Positions 59,819-64,000 of a stretch of DNA of 64,000 nucleotides are shown in pieces. The stretch's first letter is position 1. Every line of letters starts with the position of its first letter. Made by a program: the position numbers and the translations under genes. The notes under the pieces were generated by a model, which was not told the origin of the DNA, made no database searches, and saw only the letters and a program-made list of their open reading frames with translations. The DNA comes from Acidobacteriaceae bacterium (GTDB lineage: Bacteria > Acidobacteriota > Terriglobia > Terriglobales > Acidobacteriaceae): positions 12,850 through 76,849 of the forward strand of contig JASHOY010000462.1 in assembly GCA_030038435.1 (NCBI GenBank), read 5' to 3'.

Positions 59819-61615
59819 GTGAAGGGTGCATTTTCACGCAGGGAGTTTCTGACTGGCGCGGCGGCGGCGCTGGCTGCCGTGGGCTTAGAGGCGAAAGCAA
59901 TCTGCGCAATCGCCTTCAAAGACAAACTCTCGGAATTCGATTACGACCATGTGCAATTGACGGGCGGACCGCTGAAACAGCAGTACGACCGCGTGTGCGC
60001 GTCGTACCTGGGGCTGGACAACGATCGTTTGCTGAGGGTGTACCGCGAGCGCGCCGGATTGCCCGCTCCGGGAACACCGATGGGCGGATGGTACGGTCGG
60101 AACGGATTCGTGCCAGGACATTCGCTGGGACAGTATATTTCCGGACTGGCGCGTCTGGGAAAGACCACCGGAGACCAGGACTGCCGGGAAAAAGTGCGGG
60201 CCCTCGTTGAAGGATTTGCTGCCGCTTTCACCAAGAGTGGCGCGATTTACGCGGCGCCCAATGCGGAAAAGCTCTGGCCATGCTACATCCTCGACAAGCA
60301 TCTTGCCGGACTTATGGATGCGTGGCAGCTTTCCGGAGTAGAGCAGGCGCGCGAATTGCTGCCCCAGGTATTTCAGGCTGCGCTGCCGTTTATTCCCGCG
60401 CAGGGACATGACCGCATTGGTAAAAGTAAACCTCCTTACGATGAAACCTATGTGCTGCCCGAGAGCTTGTTTTCGGCTTATGAGATTACTGGCGATCGAG
60501 CCATGTATCACCGCGCGGTCACTTATCTGCTGGACCGGGAGTTCTTTGATCCGCTCAGCCGCGGCGAAGATGTTTTGCCCAGGAAGCATGCTTACAGCCA
60601 CGCCATTGCACTGAGTTCGGCGGCCAAAGCAAGACTGGTGCTGGGAGAACAGAAATATCTGCATACTTTGGAGAATGCGTGGAGATTTCTCGCCACTGAG
60701 CAACAGTATGCAACTGGCGGCTGGGGACCCGACGAGTTATTCATTGAGCCGCACCTAGGGCAGCTATATGAAAGCCTTCTCACCACAAAAGACCACTTCG
60801 AAACACCTTGCGGAAGCTACGCGGCGACAAAACTAGCTCGCTATCTCTTGTGCGCGACAGCGGACGGCCGTTACGGCGATGGTCTCGAACGCGTCGTATT
60901 CAATGCTCTATTGATGGTGAAAGAACCAGATTCAAATGGCGATTATTTTTACTACTCCTCGTATAACTCGGACGCAAATAAGGTTTACTACCCGCAAAAG
61001 TGGCCTTGTTGCTCGGGCACTCTGGTCCAAGGCGTGGCCGACTATGTGAAGAATATCTACTTCCGCTCCGCAGACGGAGTCTACGTGAATCTGTATGCCC
61101 CCTCGCGGGTGCGGTGGACACAAGACAGCACGGAGATTACGCTGACACAGGAAACCAGCTATCCGCTGGGCGAGAAGGTGAAACTGCGCGTCGATTGCGC
61201 CGCGCCAACGGAGTTTGCGCTGCGGATGCGCATTCCCGGCTGGCTGACCCAGAAGCCGGATCTGCGCGTGAACGGCAACCCGGTGCCTGTAGAGGCGAAG
61301 CTCGGCTTCGCCACATTGCGTCGACGCTGGAAACGCGATGACACCGTGGCTTTACAACTGCCCCAGAGCTTTCGCTCCGAGGCCATCGACGATATGCACC
61401 CGAAAACTGTAGCAGTGCTGCGCGGGCCATTGGTCTATGTGGAACTAAGTCCACGGGACGGAGAAATAGCCCTAATCAAGTTAGATCAACTGCGCCCCCT
61501 CGCGGAGACGACCGGACTCTACTGCGCGGGAGCAGATGGGCGATCGAGTATTCACGCGCCTCTCTATTTCGTGCGCAATGAGAGTTACACGACTTACTTT
61601 GAGAATGCTGGATGA
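59819..61615 (+). CDS. GH127/GH146-like beta-L-arabinofuranosidase, Tat-exported
   Basis: SRREFL Tat motif; GHSLGQYISG, HAYS, ETPCG and WPCCSGT. GTG start inferred. Confidence 0.85.
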   Translation: MKGAFSRREFLTGAAAALAAVGLEAKAICAIAFKDKLSEFDYDHVQLTGGPLKQQYDRVCASYLGLDNDRLLRVYRERAGLPAPGTPMGGWYGRNGFVPGHSLGQYISGLARLGKTTGDQDCREKVRALVEGFAAAFTKSGAIYAAPNAEKLWPCYILDKHLAGLMDAWQLSGVEQARELLPQVFQAALPFIPAQGHDRIGKSKPPYDETYVLPESLFSAYEITGDRAMYHRAVTYLLDREFFDPLSRGEDVLPRKHAYSHAIALSSAAKARLVLGEQKYLHTLENAWRFLATEQQYATGGWGPDELFIEPHLGQLYESLLTTKDHFETPCGSYAATKLARYLLCATADGRYGDGLERVVFNALLMVKEPDSNGDYFYYSSYNSDANKVYYPQKWPCCSGTLVQGVADYVKNIYFRSADGVYVNLYAPSRVRWTQDSTEITLTQETSYPLGEKVKLRVDCAAPTEFALRMRIPGWLTQKPDLRVNGNPVPVEAKLGFATLRRRWKRDDTVALQLPQSFRSEAIDDMHPKTVAVLRGPLVYVELSPRDGEIALIKLDQLRPLAETTGLYCAGADGRSSIHAPLYFVRNESYTTYFENAG

Positions 61616-63735
61616 AGAAACTGAAGGTGCGGAGAGTTATTCATGCGAAACGGCGGCGCGGTGCAATACCGATTGCTGTCGGCTTGGGAATAGCGCTGGG
61701 GCTCTTTGCTGCCAAGCCCGCCTCCGTCCATGGCGAAACGGCCGCCTCGAAACTTCCCTCCTTGCTGCTGGGCGCGGCCTGGTATCCGGAGCAATGGCCG
61801 GAATCGCGATGGGACAAGGATCTGCAGCTGATGGAGGCTGCGCATCTTGACGTGGTGCGCGTGGGCGAGTTTGCATGGAGCAGTGAAGAGCCATCGGAGG
61901 GCCACTACGACCTGGACTGGCTGGAGCGCGCGATTCGCATGGCTGAGAAGCATCACATCGCCGTAGTGCTGGGAACGCCTACCGATGCGCCCCCTGCATG
62001 GCTGACGACAAAGTATCCTGAAACACTGCGCGTGGACGAGGATGGACGCCGCGCCCAGCATGGCCTGCGAAGACAGTTCAATTATGCCGATCCGCTTTAT
62101 CGCAAATTTTGCGCCCAGATCGTGACTCAGTTAGCCCAGCGCTTCGGCCACGATCCGGACGTTATTGGATGGCAGATCGGCAATGAATACACCGACGAGT
62201 CCTTCGACGCAGACACGCGCCGGCAATTCGATAAGTGGCTTGCGGCACACTTCCATACCCTCGACGCGCTCAATGCTGACTGGACGACCGCTTACTGGAG
62301 CCAGACTTATGATCGGTGGGATGCAATTCCCTTGCCGGACGAAGCCAACGAGAACCCCGGGCTCTTACTGGCATACAAACACTTCGTCACCGACACCTGG
62401 CGAAGCTTTCAACGCGTGCAGATCGATGTGATCAGGAAATATGCCGATCCGCGCCAGTTCATCACCACAAACTATGGCGGGTTGGGCTGGTCAGATCACT
62501 TTGACCATTACATCGTTGCGCAAGACCTGAGCCTCGCCTCGTGGGACGACTACGTGGGTGAAGGGCATTTGAAGGTTGCCCGCAACGGCGCCATGCATGA
62601 CCTGGTGCGCGGCTTCAAGCGCGCCAATTTCTGGGTGATGGAGACGCAGCCGGGGTCGGTGAACTGGGCGCCGGTGAACAACACGCTGGATCGCGGCGAG
62701 ACGCGCGCCATGGCCTGGCAGGCTGTGGGTCATGGCGCAGACGCGGTGCTCTACTGGCAATGGCGCAGCGCGTTGAACGGGCAGGAGCAGTATCATGGCT
62801 CGCTGCTGGGCCCGGGTGGCAAACCGTTGCCGATTTACAGCGAAGTAAGTCAGGTTGGAAGCGAATTCGAGCGCGCCGGTGCGGCACTGGCGGGCACCTC
62901 GCCCAAAGCGCAGGTGGCCATTCTGCACAGCTACAACAGCCGGTGGGCGATCGACTTTCAGCGCTTCAATCGCAACTACCATCAGCTAAGCGTGCTGCTC
63001 GATTATTACCGGCCTTTGCGACAGCAGCGGCTCACAGTAGACATTGTGAATGCGGACGCGCCGCTCGATTCTTACAAACTCGTGCTTGCGCCGGATCTCA
63101 ATGTAATATCCTCGCAGCTTGCGGCGCACCTGCTCGCCTATGTCGAGCAAGGCGGTGATTTGTTGCTGGGGCCGCGCTCGGGCATGAAGAACGAGTACGA
63201 CGCACTGAATGTGCAACGGCAGCCGGGGCCGCTGGTTGCACCGCTGGGCGGGCGCGTTGAAGAGTATTACGCGCTGGAGACAGCGGTGCCGGTGAGTGGC
63301 GCGATGGGCGTGGGAACGGCGGCGCTTTGGGCGGAGCGGCTCTGGGTGCGCGCGCCGGACGATACAGTGCTGCTGCGTTATGGCAAATCAAACGGCTGGC
63401 TGGATGGGCATGCGGCGATGATAACGCGGCGCGTGGGGAAAGGTCGGATTTCATATCTGGGCGCCGTGCTCGATCCGGCGCTGATGGATCGCGTGATTGC
63501 GTGGGCGACGAGCGACGCGAAGATAAAGCCGGAGTTCGCTCCGCTGCCGGATGGTGTGGAAGTTTGCAGGCGTGTGAGTGCAAGTCACACCATCTTTGTA
63601 CTTATCAATCACGGCGCTGTGCCGGCGGAGATTCAATTGCCTGTCGCCATGAAAAACGTGCTCGACGGTGGAAAAAACGTCACCAGGGTCCAGTTAGGCG
63701 CGCAGGGAGTGAGTGTGCTCGAATCGGCGCGTTAA
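61612..63735 (+). CDS. GH42 beta-galactosidase
   Basis: AWYPEQWP, VGEFAWS, WQIGNEY, WVMETQPG and GQEQYHG motifs; ATGA overlap with the previous gene. Confidence 0.93.
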   Translation: MKKLKVRRVIHAKRRRGAIPIAVGLGIALGLFAAKPASVHGETAASKLPSLLLGAAWYPEQWPESRWDKDLQLMEAAHLDVVRVGEFAWSSEEPSEGHYDLDWLERAIRMAEKHHIAVVLGTPTDAPPAWLTTKYPETLRVDEDGRRAQHGLRRQFNYADPLYRKFCAQIVTQLAQRFGHDPDVIGWQIGNEYTDESFDADTRRQFDKWLAAHFHTLDALNADWTTAYWSQTYDRWDAIPLPDEANENPGLLLAYKHFVTDTWRSFQRVQIDVIRKYADPRQFITTNYGGLGWSDHFDHYIVAQDLSLASWDDYVGEGHLKVARNGAMHDLVRGFKRANFWVMETQPGSVNWAPVNNTLDRGETRAMAWQAVGHGADAVLYWQWRSALNGQEQYHGSLLGPGGKPLPIYSEVSQVGSEFERAGAALAGTSPKAQVAILHSYNSRWAIDFQRFNRNYHQLSVLLDYYRPLRQQRLTVDIVNADAPLDSYKLVLAPDLNVISSQLAAHLLAYVEQGGDLLLGPRSGMKNEYDALNVQRQPGPLVAPLGGRVEEYYALETAVPVSGAMGVGTAALWAERLWVRAPDDTVLLRYGKSNGWLDGHAAMITRRVGKGRISYLGAVLDPALMDRVIAWATSDAKIKPEFAPLPDGVEVCRRVSASHTIFVLINHGAVPAEIQLPVAMKNVLDGGKNVTRVQLGAQGVSVLESAR

Positions 63736-63777
63736 TTGCGAAGGCGCGGAGTCACTGCAGTTAGAGGAGAAGATCGA

Positions 63778-64000
63778 ATGGAACCAAGGATGACGCGACG
63801 GAAGTTCTCCGGTGGATTGGCAATGGCCGTGGCTGGGGCCCCTCTGAGTGGCGGCCGGAAGCTATTCGCGGAGGATTTCACTGACCGGCAGATTGCGCCG
63901 TTTCGCACCCCTTATAAATACGAAAAGCTGGTGCTGGCGGCGTCGACAGATCCGCGAGCCTTCGACCGCAAATCGGTTGACGATCCATTTGTCTTTCGAC
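63778..64000 (+). CDS. 5' part of a Tat-exported probable beta-propeller glycosidase (runs off the window)
   Basis: GAGGAG RBS; MEPRMTRRKF... TPYKYEKLVL..FDRKSVDDPFVFR; open to the window end. Confidence 0.65.
   Translation, partial: MEPRMTRRKFSGGLAMAVAGAPLSGGRKLFAEDFTDRQIAPFRTPYKYEKLVLAASTDPRAFDRKSVDDPFVFR

Overview
GC-rich bacterial chromosome segment. The gene repertoire (VWA protein, giant LptC/A-like protein, flagellar gene order) suggests an Acidobacteriota (Terriglobia-like) genome; that assignment is inference. In order, the window holds: a membrane diguanylate cyclase; rpsO-pnp with a ~420-nt structured intergenic region; an ~18.5-kb minus-strand flagellar cluster (fliN-like, fliOPQR, flhBA, fliA, fliM, fliN, an MshEN protein, cheY, cheX, then flgFGAHIJM, flgN-like, flgKL); pdxST; an orphan cytochrome oxidase subunit III; nfo; a small accessory islet (relB-relE plus a frameshift-split HEPN-like gene); leuS; sugar-degradation genes; acs; lptC/A-lptB-rpoN; tldD; and the start of a glycosidase operon behind a hybrid IclR/sugar-binding regulator. 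I found no rRNA, tRNA, CRISPR array or transposase. Best leads: (1) a stand-alone Cys4 + tandem-MshEN (c-di-GMP-binding motif) protein tightly coupled between fliN and cheY; (2) a toxin-antitoxin-linked HEPN-like gene broken exactly at an in-frame U-UUU-UUA slippery heptamer; (3) two ATTCC-N7-GGAAT palindromes associated with the hybrid regulator; (4) the structured pnp leader; (5) an unannotated 40-aa His-rich peptide between tldD and a yfiT-like gene. All calls come from reading motifs by eye; no database search was run.
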